Assembly: GCA_963766075.1 (NCBI GenBank)
Contig: CAVYAN010000028.1
Location: 1-32,884 of the forward strand
Source of the DNA: an uncultured cyanobacterium
GTDB lineage: Bacteria > Cyanobacteriota > Cyanobacteriia > Leptolyngbyales > Leptolyngbyaceae
Reading direction: 5' to 3'
DNA: 32,884 bases
Positions 1 to 9,097 of this stretch are shown piece by piece (the stretch's first letter is position 1; every line of letters begins with the position of its first letter). The notes under the pieces were generated by a model. That model worked only from the letters and a program-made list of their open reading frames with translations. It was not told the origin of the DNA and did no database searches. Made by a program: the position numbers and the translations under genes.

Positions 1-495
1 GCTCCTGCTGGATATAGCCATAGCCCGTGGAGGCAAAGATCGGGGCAATGCCCAGGGTGACAATCGCCGCTTCCCGTTGGGCTAAGTCCACCGCTGCATT
101 TAGGGTAGCCTGAAACTTCTCGGGATCCGCAATCCAGTGATCCGCCGGGAAAAAACAGAGACGCGATCGCGTCCCACCCGCTGAGCAATTTCTAAGGTAC
201 TCCAGGCCACTGCCGGAGCCGTATCGCGCCCTTCCGGCTCCACCAGCAAATTCGCTTCAGGTAGATCCGGCAGTTGTTGCCGCACACCCTCGGCTAAATG
301 GGCCGAAGTCACTACCCACAGGTCATTCCAGGAGCCGCCAATGGGCAAGAGGCGATCGGCGGTGGCTTGTAACAAGCTGCGATCGCTGCCGTCCAAGCAC
401 AGAAATTGTTTGGGACGATTGCGCCGACTCAGCGGCCAAAAGCGTTCGCCTTTACCACCAGCCAGAATTACGGGAACGAGAGAGGGAAGAGTCAT
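1..495 (-). CDS. manC: Mannose-1-phosphate guanylyltransferase (partial; runs off window start; frameshift near 150-175)
   Basis: ATG at 495 gives MTLPSLVPVILAGGKGERFWPLSRRNRPKQFL and EPEGRDTAPA. A shifted frame continues FFPADHWIADPEKFQ...IVTLGIAP...TGYGYIQ, typical of GMP/ManC. Confidence 0.9.
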
Positions 496-666
496 GGGAA
501 AGTGAGAATAAGGGATACAGGAAGCTAAACGGGGGTTAAACGTGTCGGAACTCAGCATGTCAAAGTGCAGTGGCTCCGGGCTCGGCCTATCAGGGCACAG
601 CGGTCAGAACTCGTGTTCACCCTAGCACCTACCCCCTACGCCCTGTCCCCTCCCTTTCCGGTGAAT

Positions 667-2445
667 TTACGAACTCTTTGAAGAGTCCTGGGAAAGTATG
701 GGGAATTCATCACTCCAAGCTGGAAATTCGTCGTCTTGCTGCCGTCCGTAGACCGTGACCTGTGAGAGGGTGCCGGACTCTAGTGTACTGAGGGCTCGGA
801 TCATGAGTGGACCGATCGCCGCCCGGTCGGGTACCGTTGCCGCCTCGACCATGATTTGCAAGACGGAGCCTTTCAGGCTGGCTTTGGCGGTGATGCCATA
901 GGGTCGGAGGGTCTGGTTCAGCCAGGAGATGAGCTTTTCGGCCTCGGATTGGGGTGGGGCCACAACCGACGGGGCCGGAGGGTCTGGTGCATCCTGTTCG
1001 GGGGTGATGGCTTCGAGGGAGGGAATATCTTCCGGCAGGAGCGTGGTTAAGACGTCATCGGTGAGGTCATTAATGACCGCAAGACGATTGGCTTGACGTT
1101 CGATGGTTTTTTCAAAAATATTGCGCACAAGGCGAGCATTGCCAAAGGTGCGATCGCGCCGATTGTACAACTGATCCAGGATGGCCTTCAGAGCTTGATT
1201 GGCCTGATCGGTAGGATGAAAGTGGCTGTCTTTACACAATTTGCCAAAGATGGCAAGCAAATCCTCGGGCACGTAGTCATTGAAATAGAAATAGCGATTA
1301 AACCGGGACTTTAAACCGGGATTGGCCTCAATAAAATTGCCCATTTCCTCGCTGTAGCCCGCTACAATCACCACGAGGCGATCGCGATGGTCCTCCATAC
1401 GCTTTAGAAGCACATCAATGGCTTCCTGGCCAAAGTCGCGATCGGCATCCTTGGGCTTCAAGGCATAGGCTTCGTCGATAAACAACACGCCATCCAGGGC
1501 AGATTCAACCAGCCGGGTCACTTTTTCCGCTGTTCCCCCAATATGGGATGCCACCATGCCAGAGCGATCGGTTTCAACCAAATGCCCCTTTTGCAAAAAA
1601 CCCAATTCCTTCAGAATTTTGCCCATCATTCGGGCAACGGTGGTTTTGCCGGTTCCCGGTGGTCCACAAAATACGGAATGGAGGGAGACTGGGGTTTTGG
1701 CCATGCCGCGCTGGGTACGCACCTGCTGGACTTTCAGGAAATTGGTCAGGGTTTTGACTTCATCCTTAATATTCTGCATGCCGACCAATTTGTTGAGATC
1801 GGCGAGGACTTGATCGAGTCCGGATGAAGCCGATGCCGGGGTCGCGCTGGGTGGTTTGGGGTCAGCCGCGTTCGGAAAAATGGAGGGTGAGACAGTTGCT
1901 TTGGTCGCCGTTGCTTTGGGAATGGCGGCGTATTGGGTCGGATCGGTGTAGGTGTGAAGTTTTTTCCAGATCACGGCCAGGGCATCCATCTCCGGCAGGG
2001 AGGGTTGTCCATTGGCTTTGACAATAACCTGGGCAAAACGGTAAAGCGCATTAACAGTTTTGTCGAGAACGTTGGTGCCGTTGCGTTCATCCCACTGGTT
2101 TAGGACGAAAGGCAGCGCCAGAGAATCGGGCTGGACATTGCCTTGGATTAATCCGAGGATGGTTTTTAGGGCGGATTTTTCGGTGTCTCTGCGGTCTAGG
2201 GGCGATCGCTCCCATCGAGACAGGGCCACCTGCACTGTGGCGGGATCCTGTTTGATGTAGTGGTAGACCGCAAAAAAAGCAAATAGCTCCTTGGGATTAA
2301 TTTCGCCGCTGCTCTGGCCGCAAATTTGGACAATCTGGGCCACATCTTGCAGGATCAAGGACTCAAACTGAGATCCCCGTGACAGGAGCGGGGCGATCGC
2401 CCGATACAGTAATGCGGCTTCTTGATCAATCTCGCGGATATTCAC
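667..2445 (-). CDS. SpoVK/CbbX-family AAA+ ATPase with extra N- and C-terminal domains
   Basis: Walker A GPPGTGKT, Walker [17 protein letters not shown] and FGNARLVRN motifs. Probable GTG start at 2445 (VNIREID); the ORF track extends to 2517. Confidence 0.85.
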   Translation of the reverse strand: MNIREIDQEAALLYRAIAPLLSRGSQFESLILQDVAQIVQICGQSSGEINPKELFAFFAVYHYIKQDPATVQVALSRWERSPLDRRDTEKSALKTILGLIQGNVQPDSLALPFVLNQWDERNGTNVLDKTVNALYRFAQVIVKANGQPSLPEMDALAVIWKKLHTYTDPTQYAAIPKATATKATVSPSIFPNAADPKPPSATPASASSGLDQVLADLNKLVGMQNIKDEVKTLTNFLKVQQVRTQRGMAKTPVSLHSVFCGPPGTGKTTVARMMGKILKELGFLQKGHLVETDRSGMVASHIGGTAEKVTRLVESALDGVLFIDEAYALKPKDADRDFGQEAIDVLLKRMEDHRDRLVVIVAGYSEEMGNFIEANPGLKSRFNRYFYFNDYVPEDLLAIFGKLCKDSHFHPTDQANQALKAILDQLYNRRDRTFGNARLVRNIFEKTIERQANRLAVINDLTDDVLTTLLPEDIPSLEAITPEQDAPDPPAPSVVAPPQSEAEKLISWLNQTLRPYGITAKASLKGSVLQIMVEAATVPDRAAIGPLMIRALSTLESGTLSQVTVYGRQQDDEFPAWSDEFPILSQDSSKSS

Positions 2446-2599
2446 GGGTATAGCCTTAAGGGTCGCAGAACAGGATCGCAGAATGGGATTGCAGCCTAGA
2501 CGGACACAATGGCCCACTCACTGGAAAATGCCCCTATTCTGCCCGCTATTGTACCCAGATTATCAATGGGCCAGACCTCGGACGCAGCGGAATCAGGAA

Positions 2600-3032
2600 C
2601 TAATTCAGGCGATCGGTATACCCCGCTTTGACCCAGCCTTCAATACTGCTGTCCGGCAAGCGGATTTTTTGCCAGTTCTTGTCTGGACTCTCTTCCAAAA
2701 CAATAACTTCTTCGTTATAGTCCACGCCCCCAATCCGAGGCCCATCGGCCTGGGGCGATTCCCGAATATTTAAGCCAATTTCCTGGGTGATTTTGGCCCG
2801 ATAACCCTCCGTCTCAGTGGGCTTGGGCGAAGGTTTGGATGAAGGGGCGGGTTTGACTAAAGCCACGGGCTTCGGAGACGGAATAGGCTTATCGTTGGGA
2901 AATGTTGGCTTAGGAGGCGCAACCGAATACTGGGCAATTAAGTATTGGATCAATGAAAAAAGAACCGCCCGCCAGCAAGGCGATCGCCACCACAAACGCA
3001 CTCAAAAACCGGAATAGCCCAGCCATAGTCAT
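2600..3032 (-). CDS. Membrane-anchored bacterial SH3 domain protein (frameshift near 2955)
   Basis: C-terminal GLNIRESP...RIGGVDYNEEVIVLEESPDKNWQKIRL...EGWVKAGYT is SH3b-like. The N-terminal TM segment MTMAGLFRFLSAFVVAIALLAGGSFF starts at 3032 in another frame; one extra base next to the A-run separates them. Confidence 0.8.
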
Positions 3033-3092
3033 ACCTTGCGGCTCAGTTCACAATCCCTGCCAGATTGTAGCGCCTAGTCTGCTCTGCGCACG

Positions 3093-4590
3093 CTAAAATC
3101 TAAAGTTCTTACTGTCCCGAGAGGCCAGTCGTGCCTTTCCCGCAGCAGCCCAAGCCTGGAGTTGTTCGATTTGTTCCTGGGCAGTACGGGCCAAGGGCAC
3201 AATTTGGCTGGCAGCTTCTAGGATGTCGTCAGTGGTAAAGTCTCGGTTTTGGCTGAAGCCAATATGCATGGCTTCGATCAGCGTTTGCTCAATTTCGGCA
3301 CCGGAAAAATCTGGTGTTTCGTAAGCAAGGCGATCGAGATCATACTGCTGCAAATTGTGGGCCCGCAGGCGGGCAAGATGGACAGCAAAAATAGCACGGC
3401 GCTCTTCTTGACTGGGTAGACCCACGAAAAAGATTTCGTCGAAGCGCCCCTTGCGCAGCATCTCTGGGGGCAACGCTTGAATATTGTTAGCGGTAGCCAC
3501 GACAAAGACGGGACTGGCTTTTTCCGCTAGCCAGGTAATGAAAGTGCCAAAGACTCGGCTGGTAGTGCCTGCATCGCCGCGACTATCACCCCCGGCAAAG
3601 GCTTTATCGATTTCGTCAATCCACAGGATGCAGGGCGCGAGCGCCTCCGCCAGTTGGATCATTTGGCGGGTACGAGACTCCGATTCACCGACTAGCCCCG
3701 CAAACAGACGCCCTACATCCAAGCGCAACAGCGGCAGATGCCAATGGTGGGCGATCGCCTTCGCCGTGAGGGACTTACCAGTCCCTTGAATTCCCACCAG
3801 CAGCAAGCCACGAGGATGGGGCAAGCCGTACTGCCGTGCCCGCTCAGAAAAAGCCCCCCCACGCCGCAACAGCCAATCTTTGAGGTTATCCAACCCCCCA
3901 ATATCGGCCATATTGGCGCTGGTAGGATAAAAGTCTAGAATTTGGGTTTGGCGAATTGTTTGCCGCTTTTCCTCCAGAATCAGCTCTACGTCTTCGGGTT
4001 GGAGTTCGCTGTGGGTGGCGATCGCCCGCGCCAGCACCCGCCGAATTCGCTCCAGGGATAGCCCCTGGCAAGACCGCACTAAGTCGTCTAGTGTCCGAGA
4101 ATCCAAAGTCTGCCCCATCGCCGTGGCCAGACGCACAATTTCCGCCTGAATTTCCTCTGCGGTGGGCAAAGGAAATTCTAGGATAGTCAGGACATCACTG
4201 AGATCTTCTGGAATCGCAAGCTGGGCCGCAACAATAACAATATTCTTTGGTTGAGATTTTAGGAGTCTGGCCAAGTTGCGAAGTTTGCGAGACACACCCA
4301 CATCTTCCAGAAACCGATGAAAGTCCCGTAGAATAAAAACCCCCGCAGCACTGGCAGGCAGTTTCTCAATAAACTCTAGGGCCTGTAAGGGATTGCGCTT
4401 ACCAAAGCCGACATCATTGGGGCTACCCTGATAGCCTTCGACAAAATCCCAAATGTATAGCGCTCGATTGCCTTGGCGCTTGGCAGAGTGGACGATCGTC
4501 GGTTTCCAGCCGTTCCTCTTCCCGTGTTGGAATATAAATTAATGAATACCGCGCCCGCAGCAGCAGTTCAAACTCATCGCTAAAACCCAT
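3093..4590 (-). CDS. ycf46: Ycf46-family AAA ATPase (frameshift near 4500)
   Basis: N-terminus [27 protein letters not shown] (ATG 4590) continues after an extra A as [26 protein letters not shown]. Core motifs [33 protein letters not shown]. Confidence 0.88.
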
Positions 4591-4698
4591 GGCCAACATC
4601 CTCGGTAGACAGCCCTGTTGATCATCCCCTATGAACCTCCATGCCTGCACCGGCTCACAGGGACTGCTGAATCGAACAGTGCGGCCAGAACACTGAAC

Positions 4699-5214
4699 TC
4701 AATTCAGATCAGGCAGTTGATCCTTAAGAGAAATCAGGGCCGCCCAACGACTGTCCAGAGGTAACACTTCCCGCGACTGTGCAGCAGGTGCAGGCTCAAT
4801 TCCCTGACAGTCCGAGTCACAGAGCTTACGAAACGGCAATTCCAGACAGAGCTGTTCGTAAATCCAAGTGGTGGGATGAAAATGAGCCGTTGGGGATAGG
4901 GTTTCGACTAAATCCTCAGCGTCCAAGTCTTTATCAAACAGCAGATCCTCGGCCTGGGCCGCATCATCCAGCCAGATCATTTCCTGGGGAGAAATAGCAA
5001 GACGATAGTTGTACTGCTGCAAACAGCGATCGCACGCCAAGGTGACAATGGTTTCCGCCACACCACTAATTTCTAAATACGCACCACGATGGGTCACTTG
5101 GATTTGCCCCTGCACAGGGGTCAACGTTTCTAATGCCGGAATAATTTCCTTGAACTCGACGACCTCAGTCTGGTCCGGCAAATGGGTCAGCCGTGGAATG
5201 TGAATAGCATCCAT
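4699..5214 (-). CDS. yceD: YceD/DUF177 family metal-binding protein
   Basis: CDRC and C-x3-C-x-G (LCDSDCQG) motifs, C-terminal DSRWAAL. Confidence 0.88.
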   Translation of the reverse strand: MDAIHIPRLTHLPDQTEVVEFKEIIPALETLTPVQGQIQVTHRGAYLEISGVAETIVTLACDRCLQQYNYRLAISPQEMIWLDDAAQAEDLLFDKDLDAEDLVETLSPTAHFHPTTWIYEQLCLELPFRKLCDSDCQGIEPAPAAQSREVLPLDSRWAALISLKDQLPDLN

Positions 5215-5251
5215 ATCCGTTCTTTACGCCACTCCTAAGCACTGGTCATCC

Positions 5252-5728
5252 CTAGGCACTCATCAACGCTTGCTTCAGCGGTGCCCAGCGGAAACTGCGA
5301 TCGCCCCCCATTTCGACAACAACCTTCAACCGTGGTTCCACACTCGGCAAGCTGACCAGATATTCAATTTCCTGACTAGACAAAATGTGTCCCTCAATAA
5401 TCCACAGCAGCAGCCCCTTGGACTTCGCGGGAAGCTGCTCCAACTGAGAATTGACAATTGGCGGAATGTAATAGGTATACCCGACAGATGCGCCTGCCGC
5501 CGTGCTTTTTTTACCCAAGTGGGGTGGGCGCACGCCATGGACACCGGTCAAATACATTGCCAAATCGCCCAAACCCCGCGCCGTAATGCTTAGAGACGTA
5601 TAGCCCGCTGCTCGAATCCGGCGGCGATAGCGTCCTTCCATACCACCCTCCAGGGGCACGTAGACACCTATTGCGCCGTATTGCTCTAGATCGCGGATTA
5701 GTTGCTTGCCAGTGGTCAAGAGTGCCAT
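5252..5728 (-). CDS. ndhN: NAD(P)H-quinone oxidoreductase (NDH-1) subunit N
   Basis: MALLTTGK...YVPLEGGMEGRYRRRIRAAGY...GVHGVRPPHLGKK...VVEMGGDRSFRWAPL, 158 aa. Confidence 0.95.
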   Translation of the reverse strand: MALLTTGKQLIRDLEQYGAIGVYVPLEGGMEGRYRRRIRAAGYTSLSITARGLGDLAMYLTGVHGVRPPHLGKKSTAAGASVGYTYYIPPIVNSQLEQLPAKSKGLLLWIIEGHILSSQEIEYLVSLPSVEPRLKVVVEMGGDRSFRWAPLKQALMSA

Positions 5729-6078
5729 CGGGTTACGTCCTTTCAGTTATGAATCACAAACGTGCAAGATTAAGCGTACAAGAGTAGGAAAGCACTGAGC
5801 CACGTTGCCAACCTGTCACTCTCTTGATCATTCAATTGCTCTCGCTTAGTGTCGCATATTTGCGGGAATGGGTATACCGGCAGAGGCATAGGGAGTGCGA
5901 TCGCCCAGGATAGACCCCCTTAAATTTCTGCCCAGCCTCTGCCAATCGCCACGGCAACCGCCACTCCCACAAGCCCGAACAAACACCGCCCAGATCAGCG
6001 GGATTCGTCATCCTCAACAAGATCTCCGTAGGCTTAAAGCTTGTCTGTAGCTTAAGTAACATGAGGCTTTAATGAAAG

Positions 6079-6114
6079 CTGGCACAAGAACTGGCGCGAA
6101 AGCTGGCGCAATCA
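6079..6114. repeat. Imperfect 12-bp tandem repeat x3 upstream of the PEP-CTERM gene
   Basis: CTGGCACAAGAA / CTGGCGCGAAAG / CTGGCGCAATCA. Confidence 0.6.
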
Positions 6115-6270
6115 AGAAAATGCTGCCAAGATTGTCTCAGTAAGGCAAACTTTTTGGGTATCGAAAACTACTCATAATCAATTTTCCTTGCAAGAGCTTG
6201 CGACTTCGTCCGCTCTGGTTGGAACAATCAATCTGGCACCGTTAGCCCATCTACATCACCATTTAGACTT

Positions 6271-6975
6271 ATGAAAGCACAATTCTTCGCACTCTCGGCG
6301 ATCGCGGCCACCGTGGCTGTCTCCAGCTTAGTCGCTCCAGCCCAAGCCTTCAGCTTCGGCACCAACGGCATCAAATTCGACAGCGACACCCAAGTAGACT
6401 TCACTTTTCTCGAATCCCACGGTTCCTATACTTCCGCCCTCAATGTTTTCGAGAAAAGTAACCTGAGCACCCCCGTTGCTAAATTGTTCTGGGAAACCAA
6501 GGGATCGGACAATGGATCGGCAAACGAATGGGGCGGCAGCTTCGGCAAGGCCGTGACCTCTGCCACCGGAGTCAACAAGGCCACCTATCTCTTCAAGGCC
6601 AATGTTGAATATACCCTTGGTCTTTTCAGTGGATCTGCGGGCACTGTGTATTCCACGAATGCCCTGAACACAGGCAGTGGTGGTTCTCAGCAAGCCATCT
6701 TTGGCAGCACCAGCCAGATTGATCCTCTAATCAATGGGGGCAAAGCTCTGAAGAAGGGAGCCGCTGGCAACTATGTGGCAGGTAGCCCCTTTGCCGCTGG
6801 TGGCGCAATGATTTCCTTTGATGATCGGGGCGGTGGCAACGATGCTGACTTCCAAGACTTCAGCGTACGGGCAGAAGCCGTTCCGGAACCCTTCACAATG
6901 GGTGGTATTGCCCTAGCCGGTGCTGGGATGACCTTTGCGCGTCGTCGCCAACAGCAGAAACGTCAAAGCGTGTAG
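6271..6975 (+). CDS. PEP-CTERM sorting domain protein (cyanoexosortase substrate) with DUF4114-like acidic motif
   Basis: Signal peptide ending APAQA; G/S/T/A-rich body; FDDRGGGNDADFQD; C-terminal VPEP + hydrophobic helix + RRRQQQKR. Confidence 0.93.
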   Translation: MKAQFFALSAIAATVAVSSLVAPAQAFSFGTNGIKFDSDTQVDFTFLESHGSYTSALNVFEKSNLSTPVAKLFWETKGSDNGSANEWGGSFGKAVTSATGVNKATYLFKANVEYTLGLFSGSAGTVYSTNALNTGSGGSQQAIFGSTSQIDPLINGGKALKKGAAGNYVAGSPFAAGGAMISFDDRGGGNDADFQDFSVRAEAVPEPFTMGGIALAGAGMTFARRRQQQKRQSV

Positions 6976-7011
6976 TCACATAGCGTGTGGTCACATAGCG
7001 TGTGGTCACAT
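6967..7011. repeat. 15-bp tandem repeat x3 overlapping the PEP-CTERM stop codon
   Basis: AGCGTGTAGTCACAT / AGCGTGTGGTCACAT / AGCGTGTGGTCACAT. Confidence 0.95.
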
Positions 7012-7037
7012 TTAGAGGAATATTCCTCTAAATGTGA
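7006..7037. repeat. 32-bp perfect palindrome
   Basis: TCACATTTAGAGGAAT|ATTCCTCTAAATGTGA. Confidence 0.9.
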
Positions 7038-7053
7038 GACTTAAAAGTCCACA

Positions 7054-7097
7054 GGTTAAAAAAAGGAGAGGCCCTAGGGCCTCTCCTTTTTTTAACC
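7054..7097 (+). terminator. Rho-independent terminator (44-bp perfect palindrome, potentially bidirectional)
   Basis: GGTT-A7-GGAGAGGCCC-TA-GGGCCTCTCC-T7-AACC, about 80 bp after the PEP-CTERM stop. Confidence 0.85.
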
Positions 7098-7329
7098 CTT
7101 TTTTAGGATTTTTCCCATGATTTTTTGTTCATGGGCGATGATGTGCGTAGGACTACTGACTATTTTCTGACTTTTCGTAGAAACTGAATTCATCGTGGAT
7201 CGACTTGGCGACAGGTATTACAGCCCAACACATCGCTAGATAGCACGGCTAGTGGTGCATCGAGTTTCCGTGCAAATACGGCGGTTCAAGTTCAGTAAAT
7301 ATCTAAACAATAGACTATCTAAACCGATG

Positions 7330-7430
7330 GATTCCCAATGTCCAGATTCTAAACGCCTAGATTCCAAGCATCCAGATTCCAAACGCCCAGATTCCAAACG
7401 CCAGATTCCAAACGCCCAGATTCCAAACAC
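7330..7430. repeat. About 7 copies of a 14-15 bp tandem repeat (STRR-like) upstream of crtA
   Basis: Consensus AGATTCCAAACGCCC, degenerating leftwards. Confidence 0.9.
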
Positions 7431-7501
7431 CCCAATAGGGTGCAGTTGCGGATCATCATATCGGCGCAATCCCTGGCCAGCTTAATATAACGATTGTACT
7501 T

Positions 7502-8368
7502 ATGCCCCAAGTCACCTCCATGCCCTGGATACAACGCTTACAAGAGCCAAAGTTTTGGTTGGCGGGACTTTCTGCCAGCATGATTGCCATGCATCTCACG
7601 TTGGTGAATCGGTCTGGGAATAATGAATTGTTTGCGACGAGCTGCCTCTTTTGGATGGTGGCTGGAATGTTGGTTTGGGATCGGCGGCAAACGTTGCCGT
7701 TGGACAGTGGACCGATCGCAAGTTTCTTGGGCACAATCCTGCTGGCATTGGTATTTCTTCGCAGTGCAGGTTTGCCGGAGTCGGCGTCAGTCCTGAGAGC
7801 GTTGCCCCTGGTTGCAGTGATCGGACTGGGGCTGCTGGCTTCTGGTGTGCGGCAGTTGCGAATTTACTGGAAGGAAATACTGATTTTTGCGCTGTTTGCG
7901 GCTTATCCATTGCTGGAATTAATGCTGCAACTGATTGATTTGTCGCAAATTACTGCAAAGGCAGCCACATTTATCCTTTGGTATTCGGGGTTCCAAGTGC
8001 AGCGTCAGGGCGTGTTTTTAACACTACCGACGGGGCGGGTAGAGGTCTATGGAGCCTGCTCCGGTCTGGGGAGTATGCTGCAAATGTTGAGTGTATCGGT
8101 GCTGTTTTTACTCATGGTGCAGGTGCGATCGCGCAAAGGCCAGATCCTCTGTGTAGTGGTTGCCCTGCTGCTAGGCTTTCTGGTCAATTCTGTGCGAGTC
8201 GCGCTAATGGCTGTATTGGTGTCTTTTTCCCAGAAGATATCCTTTGAGTACTGGCACAGTGGCGATGGTTCACTGATTTTCTCAATGATTGCAGTGGCAC
8301 TATTTGGTGGTTTTTGCTGGCTGATGTTTCTGAGAAATCCGGGCATAACAGAGAGTGAAGGCAAATGA
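7502..8368 (+). CDS. crtA: Cyanoexosortase A
   Basis: Polytopic membrane protein with the exosortase Cys/Arg/His triad: VEVYGACSG, FLVNSVRVALM, FEYWHSGDGS. Adjacent to a PEP-CTERM gene. The start may instead be 7520. Confidence 0.92.
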   Translation: MPQVTSMPWIQRLQEPKFWLAGLSASMIAMHLTLVNRSGNNELFATSCLFWMVAGMLVWDRRQTLPLDSGPIASFLGTILLALVFLRSAGLPESASVLRALPLVAVIGLGLLASGVRQLRIYWKEILIFALFAAYPLLELMLQLIDLSQITAKAATFILWYSGFQVQRQGVFLTLPTGRVEVYGACSGLGSMLQMLSVSVLFLLMVQVRSRKGQILCVVVALLLGFLVNSVRVALMAVLVSFSQKISFEYWHSGDGSLIFSMIAVALFGGFCWLMFLRNPGITESEGK

Positions 8369-9054
8369 CGCAAATGACTAAGACGATCCCACACAGTTCA
8401 CAGGTTTGGCGGTTGGGGCTATTGGCCGTGATGTTGAGTGGGGCACTGGGGGTGCTTGGGCGGGCGATCGCCACTCCCAAAACAACAGCGGCTGATCCAG
8501 TCCCAAGCTTTCCGCTATCCATCCCGGTTCACTCCGGGCAATTTGCCCAAACGGACGCTGTTACATCGGAAAAAGGGGTTGTCCTCGGACAGCAATATAC
8601 CTACCAACCCTCAGATGCACCCAATGGGCCTCCCATTACCACCGAAGTGCGCGAGGAACCTGGGGATGGCAACGTTAGCCGATTTCTGTTTGTACACACC
8701 CCGATTCGGACCGCTAACTCAACCCTGCAAATCCGATTTCAAAAGGATGCTGGCTACTACGGGGTTCTCACCCACGAGGGGAAGGCTTACTTGAGTGCCT
8801 GCATTAATCCCAGAGGGGGTAGCACTGTAACGGAACAGCAATTCACGCAAAACCGTTACCGATATGACTTAAATATTGGCCGATTATTGCCCTGGATTGC
8901 AGGACAGGAATCGTTGTTGGATCGCCGCTGTCTGTGGACATTGATGTCAATACCATTGACTCAAGATATGCCTCCCGAAACGGCTTATAAAACCTTGGAA
9001 TCTGCCTGGTTTTCTTGGTTTCAATGGTGGCAATCCAACTTTCCACGGGCATAA
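8365..9054 (+). CDS. Cyanoexosortase A system-associated protein (EpsI-like)
   Basis: ATGA overlap with the crtA stop. N-terminal TM, then YLSACINPRGGSTVTEQQF, DRRCLWTLMS, LESAWFSWFQWWQSNFP. Confidence 0.88.
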   Translation: MTQMTKTIPHSSQVWRLGLLAVMLSGALGVLGRAIATPKTTAADPVPSFPLSIPVHSGQFAQTDAVTSEKGVVLGQQYTYQPSDAPNGPPITTEVREEPGDGNVSRFLFVHTPIRTANSTLQIRFQKDAGYYGVLTHEGKAYLSACINPRGGSTVTEQQFTQNRYRYDLNIGRLLPWIAGQESLLDRRCLWTLMSIPLTQDMPPETAYKTLESAWFSWFQWWQSNFPRA

Positions 9055-9097
9055 TGACTGAGGCGACTCACCCTGAAACTTCAAAGGAGTCATCACC

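Noticed and set aside
667..2445. cbbX Rubisco activase assignment
   Set aside because: No red-type Rubisco genes nearby, and the protein has large extra domains.
6141..6160. SigF-type promoter (TAAGGC...GGGTA)
   Set aside because: The spacing of 9 nt is too short and the motif too short to support.
6079..6245. Sigma-54-like TGGCAC motifs upstream of the PEP-CTERM gene
   Set aside because: No TTGC at the -12 position, and cyanobacteria lack sigma-54.
7298..7311. 14-bp identity (AATATCTAAACAAT) with the ppc upstream motif at 26051
   Set aside because: It looks like a degenerate unit of the adjacent tandem array, so the match may be coincidental.
7330..7430. Possible CRISPR array
   Set aside because: Units are 14-15 bp and directly adjacent, with no unique spacers and no cas genes.
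7236..7534. Short ORFs with RLESG / PDSKR / GVWNL repeats
   Set aside because: They are translations of the DNA tandem repeat in several frames, with no coding evidence.
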